From IMG/VR virus record IMGVR_UViG_3300029318_000041, positions 1 through 35,001 of that record: a stretch of 35,001 nucleotides of DNA, one strand, 5' to 3'. The notes under the pieces are model-generated. The model saw nothing but the letters and a program-made list of their open reading frames with translations, made no database searches and was not told the DNA's origin. Shown piece after piece: positions 18,513 through 28,409 of the stretch. The stretch is from a virus. Taxonomy: Duplodnaviria > Caudoviricetes. Position 1 is the stretch's first letter. Every line of letters starts with the position of its first letter. The position numbers were made by a program, and so were the translations under genes.

Positions 18513-18907
18513 GCGGGTTAGCTATTGACGGTGATATAATCGAGGAGCTGGAAAACGAAATGGAGCGTTGTCGGCCTTGGATACAGGCAGCACTGGAGAG
18601 AGGCCAGAATACGCATCTTTTTTCTGACATTGTTGATAGTGTAAAAAGAGGCCATATGCAGTTTTGGCCCGCAGAGGATGCTTGCGCTGTGACGGAAATA
18701 ATTGAGTACCCGAGAAAAAAAGCCTTGCACATATTTTTGGCTGGGGGAAATATGGAGACAATTGTCGATATGAACGAGTCAGCGGAGCATTTTGCAAGGC
18801 TAAATGGCTGCACAATTATGAGCGTAGCGGGCCGAAAGGGTTGGCAAAAAATTTTAAGCGGCAAAGGCTACAAGCCTTACGTTACAAGTCTAGCGAAGGA
18901 AATTTGA
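18509..18907 (+). CDS. GNAT-like acetyltransferase-fold protein (P22 gp14 position)
   Basis: CAVTEI..YP.KKALHIFLAGG...AEHFAR.NGC..MSVAGRKGW.K.L...GY pattern of phage GNAT-like proteins that precede ejection genes. Confidence 0.65.
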   Translation: MSGLAIDGDIIEELENEMERCRPWIQAALERGQNTHLFSDIVDSVKRGHMQFWPAEDACAVTEIIEYPRKKALHIFLAGGNMETIVDMNESAEHFARLNGCTIMSVAGRKGWQKILSGKGYKPYVTSLAKEI

Positions 18908-18908
18908 T

Positions 18909-19391
18909 ATGTCTGGCGGAAAAGGCGGAAGCCAAACTACTGAGGTAAAGATCCCGGCATGGGCTGAAGCGGCCATGAAGGAGAACTTGAAAAAGGCATC
19001 GGCGATGGGTGAAATAGGGTACATGCCTTATTACGGCCCGGATGTCGCGGCTTTCACGCCAATGCAAGAGGCGGGGATGCAGGGCTCTTATGATGCCGCT
19101 GCTGCATATGGCCTTGCCAGTCCGGGCGGTGACGCTTTAGCGGGCATTCCAGAGGCTCAAGAATTTGCTGGGGGAGTGAGGGGCTATAGCTCTGGTGATT
19201 TATTTGAGCAGGCAAGGGCTGAGTTTGAAGCTAGAAACCCGCTGCAGGCCGAGCAATACAATCAGTTTTTCGAGCCATATGGAACAGAAGAAACGAACCC
19301 TAACTTTCCTGTTCCGGGCGAAGATGGCAGGCCGCCGGGCTATCCTGATTACCTGCCTTGGCCTCCTCAATATTACAATGTTCCGTTTTAA
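18909..19391 (+). CDS. internal virion / ejection protein
   Basis: MSGGKGGSQTT..IP.W...PY.GP.VA.FTP.Q N-terminus. Confidence 0.65.
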   Translation: MSGGKGGSQTTEVKIPAWAEAAMKENLKKASAMGEIGYMPYYGPDVAAFTPMQEAGMQGSYDAAAAYGLASPGGDALAGIPEAQEFAGGVRGYSSGDLFEQARAEFEARNPLQAEQYNQFFEPYGTEETNPNFPVPGEDGRPPGYPDYLPWPPQYYNVPF

Positions 19392-19403
19392 GAGGTTACA
19401 GCA

Positions 19404-19775
19404 ATGATGCAATATGGTCCGATGAACGCTGGCCCTCCGCAAATAGCGACAGGTGGTGGCATGGGAAAAGGTGGTGGCAGGCGGGGTGGCGCACCCGGCA
19501 TGGGTGGCAAAGGCGGCGGAATGCGTCCTCCAGCCCCTATGGGGACATTGCCCGATAGATTCAGGGGTGGCCCTATGGGTACTGAGGTTAATCTTGCCGG
19601 TCCACCTATGAGGCCGCCTGCTATGAACGATTATCTACCGACCCAAGGCTTAGTGCTACCTCCGCCCACAAACAGGGGGCTTGTTCCGCCCCTCAATCCT
19701 AATATGGCTACGGCGTTAGACATGGGCAGCTTGTTGGGCATGGCAGCGCCCATGACGCCGGGAGGAGGTTCCTAA
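19404..19775 (+). CDS. Gly/Pro/Met-rich disordered protein, probably internal virion
   Basis: SD GAGG; GKGGG and GGKGGG motifs; TAATG coupling. Confidence 0.6.
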   Translation: MMQYGPMNAGPPQIATGGGMGKGGGRRGGAPGMGGKGGGMRPPAPMGTLPDRFRGGPMGTEVNLAGPPMRPPAMNDYLPTQGLVLPPPTNRGLVPPLNPNMATALDMGSLLGMAAPMTPGGGS

Positions 19776-21397
19776 TGTCTGGTGGTGCTTCTGGCGCTGG
19801 AGCGTCAGGCGGTAAAGGCGGGGGAGCATCTGCTCCTTTCGATCCAAATTTTTATCAAAACTTGCAGGACGGTTTCGGCTCTGGCGGAACGGTGCAGCCA
19901 GCAGTTCAGCCGATTGTTAGCGGCCCTGCTGAAACAGTAGCTGAGGTAGGCCCAACAAATAGGTTTCAGCCTATTATTCCTGATGAGTCGGGCGGCAGAA
20001 TGGTGAAGCCTCCCGCGTCGGGGCAGACCACCGCAACGCCTAATATGTTTCAGCAAGCCTCGCAGGGCATTTATGACGCAATGGATGGCGCTAGAGAGCT
20101 GATGAACTATCAGCCCATGATGGTGAGCCCCAGCACTTATAGCGCAAACACAATTGACCCAAGCCAGTTCAACTTGGGTTACCAAAATGTTAGCTCTAAC
20201 GACGTGGGCTTTGGCACTGTAGGCGCAAACCAGATTGGATTTGAAAGAATTACGTCGCCGGAAATGCAGGCCGCGCAAACTACGCAGGCAGACATTGATA
20301 GGTTCTTAAACCCTTACACCACTGAGGTGGTGGATCAATCAATGGCTGACATTGAGCGCAATCGCTTGATGCAGGCAAACCAAGCGGCAGCACAGGCGCA
20401 AGCGGCAGGTGCATTTGGTGGTTCTCGAGGAGCGTTGATGGAGGCAGAGATTGCCCGTAACGCGCTTGACCAATCTGCCAGAACAGCAGGCGATTTGCGT
20501 AGGCAAGGCTTTACAACAGCCGCACAACTTGCCCAGCAAGATGTAGCTAGACGCCAACAGGCAGGCACGTTAAACGCGCAACAGGCTTTACAGGCTGCAT
20601 TAGCAAATCAGAGAAGTGGCTTGCAGGCAGGAATGTCTAATCAACAAGCTAACTTGCAGGCCCAATTAGCCAATCAAAGAACAGGTTTACAAGCTGGATT
20701 AGCCAACCAGCAATCAGGACTACAAGCTGCTCTGGCTAACCAACAGGCAGGCTTGACATCCGGCATGGCAAACATGGACGCCGGGTTGCGGTCGCTACTA
20801 GCAAATCAAGGCGCGTTAAATCAAGCGTCTCAGTTCAACATAAACCAAGATGCTAACGCCCAAGCGTTAAATCAAGCTGCGGGTCTTCAAGGTGCAGGTA
20901 TGAGACTTGGTGCGGGCCAGCAGCTTGCCTCATTAGGCAATTTAGGGTTTGGGCAGGCGCAGGAAGCATTGCAGAACATGCAACAGCAGGGGCTTTTGCA
21001 GCAAATGCTTCAGCAGCAAATCATTGATGCTGGAAGAGGCCAGTTTAGTCAGTATCAGCAACAGCCTGCTACGGCTCTGGGGTATCTTGCTCAGGCTCTT
21101 GGTGTTACGCAGCCACCGCAGTCCCAGACAACCTCTAGTGATCCGGGTGCGTTCCAGTGGGCGTCATTGCTTCTTGGCTCTGACATTAGGCTTAAAAAGA
21201 ATATCCGCAAGGTTGGAAAAACTCCGGGCGGTCATAACTTGTATGAGTGGGAGTGGAAGAAGCAAGCGAAGTCTGTGCTTGGTAAGGCTGGCTTTGATGT
21301 TGGAGTGCTTGCTCAGGAGGTTATGGAGACAAGACCTGATCTTGTGGTCGAGTTCCCCGATGGCTATTACCGCGTGAATTACGGAGGCATAGCATGA
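19775..21397 (+). CDS. ejection (DNA transfer) protein with C-terminal S74-like domain
   Basis: FLNPYT..VV, AGAFGGSR, Gln/Ala repeats, SDIRLKKNI...GVLAQEV...PDLV...YYRVNY. Confidence 0.75.
   Translation: MSGGASGAGASGGKGGGASAPFDPNFYQNLQDGFGSGGTVQPAVQPIVSGPAETVAEVGPTNRFQPIIPDESGGRMVKPPASGQTTATPNMFQQASQGIYDAMDGARELMNYQPMMVSPSTYSANTIDPSQFNLGYQNVSSNDVGFGTVGANQIGFERITSPEMQAAQTTQADIDRFLNPYTTEVVDQSMADIERNRLMQANQAAAQAQAAGAFGGSRGALMEAEIARNALDQSARTAGDLRRQGFTTAAQLAQQDVARRQQAGTLNAQQALQAALANQRSGLQAGMSNQQANLQAQLANQRTGLQAGLANQQSGLQAALANQQAGLTSGMANMDAGLRSLLANQGALNQASQFNINQDANAQALNQAAGLQGAGMRLGAGQQLASLGNLGFGQAQEALQNMQQQGLLQQMLQQQIIDAGRGQFSQYQQQPATALGYLAQALGVTQPPQSQTTSSDPGAFQWASLLLGSDIRLKKNIRKVGKTPGGHNLYEWEWKKQAKSVLGKAGFDVGVLAQEVMETRPDLVVEFPDGYYRVNYGGIA
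20588..20815 (+). repeat. about seven imperfect 11-aa (33-bp) coding repeats L-Q-A-x-L-A-N-Q-x-x-G
   Basis: LQAALANQRSG LQAGMSNQQAN LQAQLANQRTG LQAGLANQQSG LQAALANQQAG LTSGMANMDAG LRSLLANQGA. Confidence 0.8.
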
Positions 21398-21882
21398 ATC
21401 CATTAATGGGTTTAATGAAACTCGCAGAGTTCGGCATGGACAAAGCCGGGATCCGTGATTCGATGGCAACCAGAGAAAAAATGATGCAGCAGAAAGCGGA
21501 TGACAAATTTGCTGCAGACACTGGTGGCATGCAAATGGGGCCAGCGTTTGTTTCTGAGGCAGAGCTTGGAACAATTAAGCAAGATGGCTTTGATAAAGTC
21601 ATGGGCTTAATGGACAGGATGGGGATGAACGATAGAACGGGCGCGCGCTCGCCAACGGAGTTTTTGTTGGAAAAAACTGGCGTAATAGGGCCAAGGACAG
21701 GAAACCCCGGACTGTTAGGGCTGATGGAAATACTTTCGCAGGAGGGTTTATCGGCCCCGCAAAGTCAAGCGGCAATGAAAATTCTGCAGCCAACGCCTGT
21801 TCCAAACTTAGTTGACGAAACGATTGATGCTGCGGAGCGCCGTCGTCAGGCACAAATGTCGATGGCTGGGGGTATGATGTAA
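21394..21882 (+). CDS. putative internal virion protein
   Basis: Met/Gly-rich; lies in the ejection cluster; ATGA overlap. Confidence 0.6.
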   Translation: MNPLMGLMKLAEFGMDKAGIRDSMATREKMMQQKADDKFAADTGGMQMGPAFVSEAELGTIKQDGFDKVMGLMDRMGMNDRTGARSPTEFLLEKTGVIGPRTGNPGLLGLMEILSQEGLSAPQSQAAMKILQPTPVPNLVDETIDAAERRRQAQMSMAGGMM

Positions 21883-23204
21883 TGGAAGGCGGAAGGTCAA
21901 CTCGATTCCCACCGCAGCGAAATCAATTGCAAGAGATCACTGTTCCTCAGCGGCAAAAAAAACTAGCGCCAATTATTGTTCCTGAAAGGGAGCGGAATAT
22001 GGCTGATCCGCTTATGAAAAACATAGCCAACATGCTAAATACCCCAGAAATTAAGTCTGTCGAAGGTGGCTCAACTAATCCTCGTCCAAAAGCGCCCGGA
22101 TTGTTATCGGGTCTTGCAAGAGGTGCGTTGGATTATCTTGGTGACCCAGTTAATCGAAAAACGCTTGCCATTGGCTTGCAAGGCATGTCGCTCAATCCTG
22201 ATCGTGGTTTTCAGGCCGCGCTGCAAAGCCAAATAGATGATATTCAAGAAGAAAGAAAAACATATGAAGGCCGCAATCAAACCTTGCAGTTTTTAAAATC
22301 ACAAAACGTGCAGCAAGACGTTTTAGATGCCATAGAGGGCAATCCTACATTGCTGAATGCCGTCGCTGGCGAAGCAATAAAAGACATGTATACCAGCAAG
22401 ACTACGACCCTAATGACCGGCGCGCAGATTAACAAGCTATATCCTACCGCTAAGGTGCCAGAATCAGGTATTTACAACGTAGATCCAGACGGCAAGTTTA
22501 CGTATGTAGGGGGCGATAGAGAGAACAAGGACTTATTTACTCAGTACGGCTTGAGGGGCGAGACTGTCAAGTTTTTAAATTCAAATAGAAAAGAATTTGA
22601 CGCGCTAGACACAACGAAAAACTACAAAGAATCGGCTGCTGCTTTAGCAAGAATGACTGCTGCAGCAGAGCTAGGCACAGGACCGGGCGACCTCGCGTTG
22701 ATATTTGGCTATATGAAAGTTCTCGATCCACGGTCTACAGTTAGAGAAGGTGAGTTTGCATCCGCTGAAAAAGCAGCAGGTTTAGAGCAAACCCTTCTTA
22801 ACCAGTATAACAAGGTTCGGAAGGGTGACCTGCTTACACCAGAGGCTAGAAGGCAGTTTATTGAGGGTGCCAATGCTCTTTTCGCAAAACAACAGCGAGA
22901 GTTTTCAAAGATAAAAGAGGGTTACAGGAACAGGGCTTTGCAGCTCTTACCAGCGGAGAAGTCTGCTGCTGCGGACGTTTTCTTTGATGCGAATTACGGT
23001 TATACAGACGACGATATAGCGCGCAACCTCGAAGAGTTAAAGAGCCTGACTCTTGAAGAAATGACATCAAGGTATGGTGGAGATCCAGAACCAGAAACCG
23101 GCGAAACGGTAACAACAACGACGGCCCCGCCTTCTCTGGATGAGCTGGAAGAAGAACTTGCCCGACGCAATAAGCAATCTGTAAGAACTCAGAGGGGCAG
23201 GTAA
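21882..23204 (+). CDS. ejection / DNA transfer protein (P22 gp20 position)
   Basis: GDLALIFGYMKVLDP.STVREGEF motif. Confidence 0.7.
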   Translation: MEGGRSTRFPPQRNQLQEITVPQRQKKLAPIIVPERERNMADPLMKNIANMLNTPEIKSVEGGSTNPRPKAPGLLSGLARGALDYLGDPVNRKTLAIGLQGMSLNPDRGFQAALQSQIDDIQEERKTYEGRNQTLQFLKSQNVQQDVLDAIEGNPTLLNAVAGEAIKDMYTSKTTTLMTGAQINKLYPTAKVPESGIYNVDPDGKFTYVGGDRENKDLFTQYGLRGETVKFLNSNRKEFDALDTTKNYKESAAALARMTAAAELGTGPGDLALIFGYMKVLDPRSTVREGEFASAEKAAGLEQTLLNQYNKVRKGDLLTPEARRQFIEGANALFAKQQREFSKIKEGYRNRALQLLPAEKSAAADVFFDANYGYTDDDIARNLEELKSLTLEEMTSRYGGDPEPETGETVTTTTAPPSLDELEEELARRNKQSVRTQRGR

Positions 23205-23208
23205 TAGC

Positions 23209-25143
23209 ATGGCTGACCTAAGACGCCTTACTGACGAGGAACTTGCAGCAGCAATAGCAGAGGCAAGGGCAAATCAGCCGGAAACGCAAAGACTGCGGAC
23301 ATTTGCTCAAGGTCTTACTTTTAATTTTGCTGATGAAATCGAAGCTCGCGCAAGAAGCCTAGTAGAAAGAGGCAGGAGCTACGAAGAAATTAGAGATGAA
23401 ATCAGAAAGAAGTTAGACGATTACGCAGAGTCTGCAAGTGGTGAGGCGCTAACGCTGGAGATGCTCGGTGCTGCGGCCCCAACTGCGCTGTCGTTTATTT
23501 TGCCCGGCGGTCAAGCAGCAGGAGCGGCTAACGTCGGGCGTCTTGCATCTAGTGCTGCAAGGCTGGCATCTACTCGCCCCCTTACTACAGGTGCAATCGA
23601 AGGCGCTGTTTCATATGTAGGCGCAGATAGAGACGGATTGGATTCGTCAGACGCTCTTCCAATGTTAGGAGCTGCCGCCCTTGGCGGTGCTGCCCCTAAA
23701 GTGCTAGAGACTGGACTGAAAGGTGCAGGTGCTGGCGGAAGAGGTGTAATTGACTTTGTAGCAGAAAGATTTGGGGATAAGCCAGCCACCGCCGTGCAAG
23801 CAGAAATAAGAAGGCTTGCAAGAGGCACCGGCATGACAGATGACGAAATTATACAAGCTGTAGCAGACGGACGCATATTAGCGGAAAACAACACTTTGAC
23901 CGCAACAGTAAGGGCATTGCGTAGTGGGCAGAACGATAAGGCGTCTGCGCTTATTACGAGACAGATAGCAGGTGACCCTAGCACCGGCACAGTTGCTCGA
24001 AAAGATAGAACGCGCTCGATAGCAATGAAAGAGTTGCAAGACGACCTTGCCGAAGGAATAGATGATCCATCTGGCAATGTTCTAAGAGCAATGAAAGTTA
24101 AAGATGAAGAGCTTGGCGCGTTAGAGCGGGCAGAGTACAGAGAGGTATTCGGCGGCATCCCAGAGGTATCGGAACAGATAGCGATAACTATGGAGGATAT
24201 ATTCCAAAGATTTCCTGATGCTCGTACAGAAATTGCAAAAATATATCAAAACAGAGGTCAAACGCCATTGTTCGGCACTGACAACAAAGGCAATTTCTTT
24301 ATGACGGGCAGGCGGCCTACCTTAGAGGACGCGGAAATCTTGCGCAGAGTCATGGATGAAAAGACAACAAATCTATACCGCGAAGGGAAAGGCACATCAG
24401 GCGAGACATATGGCATCTCAGCGTCAGAGTTGAGAGAGCAGTTAGATGCGTCATATCCGCCACTTGCAGCGGTAAGAGCGCAAGCAAAGCTCAGAAGAGA
24501 CATCAGGGACCAATTTGATGTTGGTAGAAAGGCAATGAACATGTCCAGCGATGAGCTTGAAATCGCGTTTGAACAAGCAGAAAACTTAGGCGAAGGTGTG
24601 CTGCGCGCTTTCCGAGCTGGTGTCATGGATTCTATCCGCAAGAAAAGCAAAAACAGCGGAGTGCTTATGGGGCGTTTAGCTAATGAAGACCGCAAAGAAG
24701 GTGAGGTGTTACGGATTGTTTATCCAGAAGGCAGACTAGATGATGTGCGCGGGAAATTAAGAACTGCAGCAGAGTCGCAAGAAACATACAACAAGGTAAT
24801 GCAAAACTCGCAAACTGCGCCTGAGCAAGCCGCTGCCAAACTAATAGGCATTGATATGTCTATGTCAGACGTCCTTGGTTTAGTAAGGGGAGATCCCGTG
24901 CAGCTCGCCGCCTTTATCGGAAGGCGAATCGCAGCTAGAAGCCCGCAGCTATCTTCACAAGATAGAATGGGCATAGTGGAAATACTGTTCAGCGAAGACC
25001 CGGCAATGGTAGAGCGGGCCTTGAAAGATACCGACGCATTAGCAAAATTAATACAGGAATCAGAGAAGTTAGCCAGTAGGTTGGTTGCTACATCTGTGCC
25101 TGTAGCCGCGCAGCAGTCTGGCGGCTTATTAGCGGAGATGTAA
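23209..25143 (+). CDS. large ejection / DNA transfer protein (P22 gp16 position)
   Basis: QGLTFNFADEIEA N-terminal motif, Ala/Gly-rich hydrophobic region, NSQTA near the C-terminus. Confidence 0.7.
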   Translation: MADLRRLTDEELAAAIAEARANQPETQRLRTFAQGLTFNFADEIEARARSLVERGRSYEEIRDEIRKKLDDYAESASGEALTLEMLGAAAPTALSFILPGGQAAGAANVGRLASSAARLASTRPLTTGAIEGAVSYVGADRDGLDSSDALPMLGAAALGGAAPKVLETGLKGAGAGGRGVIDFVAERFGDKPATAVQAEIRRLARGTGMTDDEIIQAVADGRILAENNTLTATVRALRSGQNDKASALITRQIAGDPSTGTVARKDRTRSIAMKELQDDLAEGIDDPSGNVLRAMKVKDEELGALERAEYREVFGGIPEVSEQIAITMEDIFQRFPDARTEIAKIYQNRGQTPLFGTDNKGNFFMTGRRPTLEDAEILRRVMDEKTTNLYREGKGTSGETYGISASELREQLDASYPPLAAVRAQAKLRRDIRDQFDVGRKAMNMSSDELEIAFEQAENLGEGVLRAFRAGVMDSIRKKSKNSGVLMGRLANEDRKEGEVLRIVYPEGRLDDVRGKLRTAAESQETYNKVMQNSQTAPEQAAAKLIGIDMSMSDVLGLVRGDPVQLAAFIGRRIAARSPQLSSQDRMGIVEILFSEDPAMVERALKDTDALAKLIQESEKLASRLVATSVPVAAQQSGGLLAEM

Positions 25144-25145
25144 AG

Positions 25146-27233
25146 ATGCTGCAGCCTTTGGAAAAAGAAGACATTGAGGCGATTGCGGCTGATGCCGTAT
25201 CTGATGCAATTAGCTTTGTAGAGAGCGAAATCGCAGAGGACAGGATAAAAGCGCAGCGATATTTTGACGGTGACGTTGACATTGGCGAAGAGGAAGGTCG
25301 CTCTAAGGTTGTTGCCACCAAGGTTAGAGACACGGTTAGAGCGATAAAGCCGTCTTTGATGCGCGTATTTTTGTCACACGACAAGCCGGTCGAATACATA
25401 CCAAAAGGCCCGGAAGATGTACAGGCTGCAGAGCAGGCCACAGAGTTTATGCACTACACCTTCCAAGAGCATAACGGCTACAAGGTTATTTCTGATGCTT
25501 TCCATGATGCGCTGATAAAAAAGTGTGGCGTCGTAAAGGTCTACTGGGACGACTACGAAGAGCAAGAAACCTTTACGTTTAAAGATTTAAACGAAATGGA
25601 ATATCAGGTGGTCGTCAGCGATCCCGGCATAGAAGTGCTGGAAGAAACCCGTCGCGTGGAAATGACTAAAGACCAGCAAGGATTAGATGTAGAGCAGCCG
25701 CAGTACGATCTAGTAGTCGCACGGTATGAGGAGATGGGTAAGCTCTGTATCGAGTCAGTGCCGCCAGAAGAGTTTTTTGTAGACAGGGATGCTAAGAATA
25801 TAGATGACGCCTACGCAGTCGTTCATCGGACAGAAATGCGTCTTGGCGACCTTATCGGCATGGGCTACGACTATGAAGAAATCGAAGACCTCACTGGCCT
25901 GCAAAATTCAGACTCATTTTCTGAGGTAGAAGAGTTCGAGCGTAGAGGCTATGAGGTAAGCGAAGCGGATCAGTATCGAGATCCAAGCATGAAGTTGGTA
26001 GCCGTTACCGAAGTGTACATGCGAATGGACATTCAGGGAACTGGCGTTCCAACACTGCAAAAAATTACGTTAGGCGGGGCATCCAACAAGCTGCTCGATG
26101 TAATGGCTTGCAACCATATACCTTTTGCGGTTTTTGAAATTGATCCGGAACCGCATACGTTTTACGGGCGATCTATCCCCGACTTGATTATGGACGACCA
26201 AGACGCTGCCACCGCCATGATGCGTGGAGTCTTGGACAATGTCGCACTAACCAATAGCCCCCGGTTGGAGATACTTGATTCTGCTGTGAATATTGACGAT
26301 CTACTTAATAACGAGATCGGCAGCATTGTAAGAGTTAAGCAAGGCGGCGCTATTCAGCCATTAGCAGTGCCATTTGTAGCAAGTCAAACACTAGGCGCGC
26401 TGCAATACATGGATCAGGAGATAGAGAACAAGACAGGGGTAACAAAAGCGTCAACTGGTCTTTCCCCGGATGCGCTGCAGTCAACCACAGCAGCAGCAGT
26501 ACAGGCTACGATACAAGCGCAAGCGGGCCAGATCGAGGTCATGGCGAGAAACCTAGCCGAAGGTGGCATGCGTCAGTTGTTTTCGTTGATGCTAAAGATT
26601 ATGCACGAAAACGTAGAGGAGGAGCAGATGATGCGCTTGCAGGGCGCTGATTATGTACCTGTCGATCCTCGCTCGTGGAATGTGTCGATGGACATTGGCG
26701 TAAACGTAGGTTTAGGAACAGGCCGGGAAGAGCAAAAATTATCAGCGTTGATGCAGGCGTTTCAGACGCAGCAAAATATTATGCAGCAGTTTGGTCCCGG
26801 CAACCCAATGGTGACGCTTACGCAAGTCAGAAACACGATTGCAGACATGCTGGCGTTAAGCGGAATTAGAAATAGCACTAGATACTTTAACCCAATGAAC
26901 CCTCAAATCGAGCAACAGATAATGCAGCAGCAAGCGCAGCAAGCGCAGGCGCAGCAAGGCCCGCCCGCAGACCCGCAGGCCCAAGCATTCTTGCAGGCGG
27001 AGCAAATGAAGACGCAAGCCAAGATGCAGTCAGATATGGCAAAGTTGCAAACACAGAATCAACGAGAGCAGTTCAAGCTGCAGCTTGATGCCCAGAAAGC
27101 AGCAATGGATAACGATCTCGAGCGAGACAAAATGGACCAAGACCTGCTTGTTAGTGCTGCCGAAATACTCGGCAAGTATGGCACCGCGTTAGATGTTGAG
27201 AGAATCAAGCAGATGCAGGATATGCCTAGATGA
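25146..27233 (+). CDS. portal protein (P22-like)
   Basis: GRSKVV...VRDTV..IKPSLMRVF, DALIKKCGVVKVYW, VPPEEF, P.PH.FYGRS, Gln-rich C-terminal barrel region. Confidence 0.93.
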   Translation: MLQPLEKEDIEAIAADAVSDAISFVESEIAEDRIKAQRYFDGDVDIGEEEGRSKVVATKVRDTVRAIKPSLMRVFLSHDKPVEYIPKGPEDVQAAEQATEFMHYTFQEHNGYKVISDAFHDALIKKCGVVKVYWDDYEEQETFTFKDLNEMEYQVVVSDPGIEVLEETRRVEMTKDQQGLDVEQPQYDLVVARYEEMGKLCIESVPPEEFFVDRDAKNIDDAYAVVHRTEMRLGDLIGMGYDYEEIEDLTGLQNSDSFSEVEEFERRGYEVSEADQYRDPSMKLVAVTEVYMRMDIQGTGVPTLQKITLGGASNKLLDVMACNHIPFAVFEIDPEPHTFYGRSIPDLIMDDQDAATAMMRGVLDNVALTNSPRLEILDSAVNIDDLLNNEIGSIVRVKQGGAIQPLAVPFVASQTLGALQYMDQEIENKTGVTKASTGLSPDALQSTTAAAVQATIQAQAGQIEVMARNLAEGGMRQLFSLMLKIMHENVEEEQMMRLQGADYVPVDPRSWNVSMDIGVNVGLGTGREEQKLSALMQAFQTQQNIMQQFGPGNPMVTLTQVRNTIADMLALSGIRNSTRYFNPMNPQIEQQIMQQQAQQAQAQQGPPADPQAQAFLQAEQMKTQAKMQSDMAKLQTQNQREQFKLQLDAQKAAMDNDLERDKMDQDLLVSAAEILGKYGTALDVERIKQMQDMPR

Positions 27234-27460
27234 ACCCGAAAGAAAAAGCGGGTGGAATCAGGAGAGTCACAACAGATGACGCATATGTAGAGCTAATTGC
27301 AGATATTCTAAAAGACCAGAGCGATGTCTTTTTGAACCCGCACTCTTCATTAGAAGAACGGGAAGAAGCGCACACCATCATTAGGGCGCTAGGAAAAATC
27401 GAAGATCGTATTGCTCGCATCCTACAGGATGAGGCGATCTACGATAGGAAAAATAGATGA
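27230..27460 (+). CDS. small head-assembly protein between portal and scaffold
   Basis: 76 aa, EEREEAH..IRAL motif, ATGA overlap. Confidence 0.7.
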   Translation: MNPKEKAGGIRRVTTDDAYVELIADILKDQSDVFLNPHSSLEEREEAHTIIRALGKIEDRIARILQDEAIYDRKNR

Positions 27461-27472
27461 GGACTCAGTACC

Positions 27473-28399
27473 GTGGAAACGACTGAACTTGATAGTTTTG
27501 AAAGCGCCGTAGAGGGTTTATTGGCCCCTGCAGAAAATGATGATGTAGAAGAGGCCGAGTTTGAGGAAGTAGACGAAGACGAAGCCGAAGATGAAGAGTC
27601 AGAAGATGACTCAGAGGACGAATACGAAGACACTGAAGAAGCAGAGGAATCAGAGCCGGAATACTACTCCGTCAAAGTTGGCGGCATAGAGGAAAAGGTA
27701 ACTCTTGAGGACTTGAAGCGAGGATACAGTGGTCAGCAGTATGTCCAAAAAGGAATGCAGGAAAATGCCCAGATGCGAAAGCAGGTTGAGGCTATTTATG
27801 CAGACCTTATAAATGAGCGCCAGCAGATAGGCCAAGCACTTCAACTAGCGCAGTCAGGGGCGTTACAACCCCCGCAGCCGCCAGATAAGTCTTTAAAAGA
27901 TGTTGACCCCATAGGGTACTGGAATCAAAAAGAGGCTTATGACGAAGCGCAGACTAAATGGAGCAGCCAGATGCAAATGCTACAGCAGCAAGCTGCACAG
28001 CAAGGTCAGGCACAAGAGGCTGCACAGCGCGCTTATTTAGAGCGGGAACTTGAAACCCTTAAAACTTTGATACCTGAATTTTCTGAGCCAGAAAAAGCCA
28101 GTGCAGTCCGCGACAACCTTGTTGCTGTCGGAACGGATGTGTATGGCTATAGTGCAGAGGAAATTGCGGGCGTTGTGGATCACCGGGCAATCCTTGTCTT
28201 GCACGACGCAGTCAAGTGGCGAGAGCTACAGGCTGGAAAAACGAAAGCGCAAGTAAAAGGCAAGACCAAATCCAGACGCACAGCGAAACCGGGTGCTAAG
28301 AAGATAAGGCCAAGGAAAGCCGCTGAGAGACAAACTCGTGAAAAACTGAAACAGAGCGGAAGCATTGAAGACGCTCTATCCTTAATGTTCAAAGAGTGA
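27473..28399 (+). CDS. capsid scaffolding protein
   Basis: Acidic N-terminus, YSVKVGG.EEKVTLEDLKRGYS, DHR, basic tail ending LKQSGSIEDA. Confidence 0.85.
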   Translation: METTELDSFESAVEGLLAPAENDDVEEAEFEEVDEDEAEDEESEDDSEDEYEDTEEAEESEPEYYSVKVGGIEEKVTLEDLKRGYSGQQYVQKGMQENAQMRKQVEAIYADLINERQQIGQALQLAQSGALQPPQPPDKSLKDVDPIGYWNQKEAYDEAQTKWSSQMQMLQQQAAQQGQAQEAAQRAYLERELETLKTLIPEFSEPEKASAVRDNLVAVGTDVYGYSAEEIAGVVDHRAILVLHDAVKWRELQAGKTKAQVKGKTKSRRTAKPGAKKIRPRKAAERQTREKLKQSGSIEDALSLMFKE

Positions 28400-28409
28400 G
28401 GTAATTAAC

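Noticed and set aside
23511-24695. Long antisense ORFs (215 and 145 aa; also 5359..5895, 28962..29597 and 33765..34445)
   Set aside because: Shadows of well-supported plus-strand genes with no recognisable motifs.
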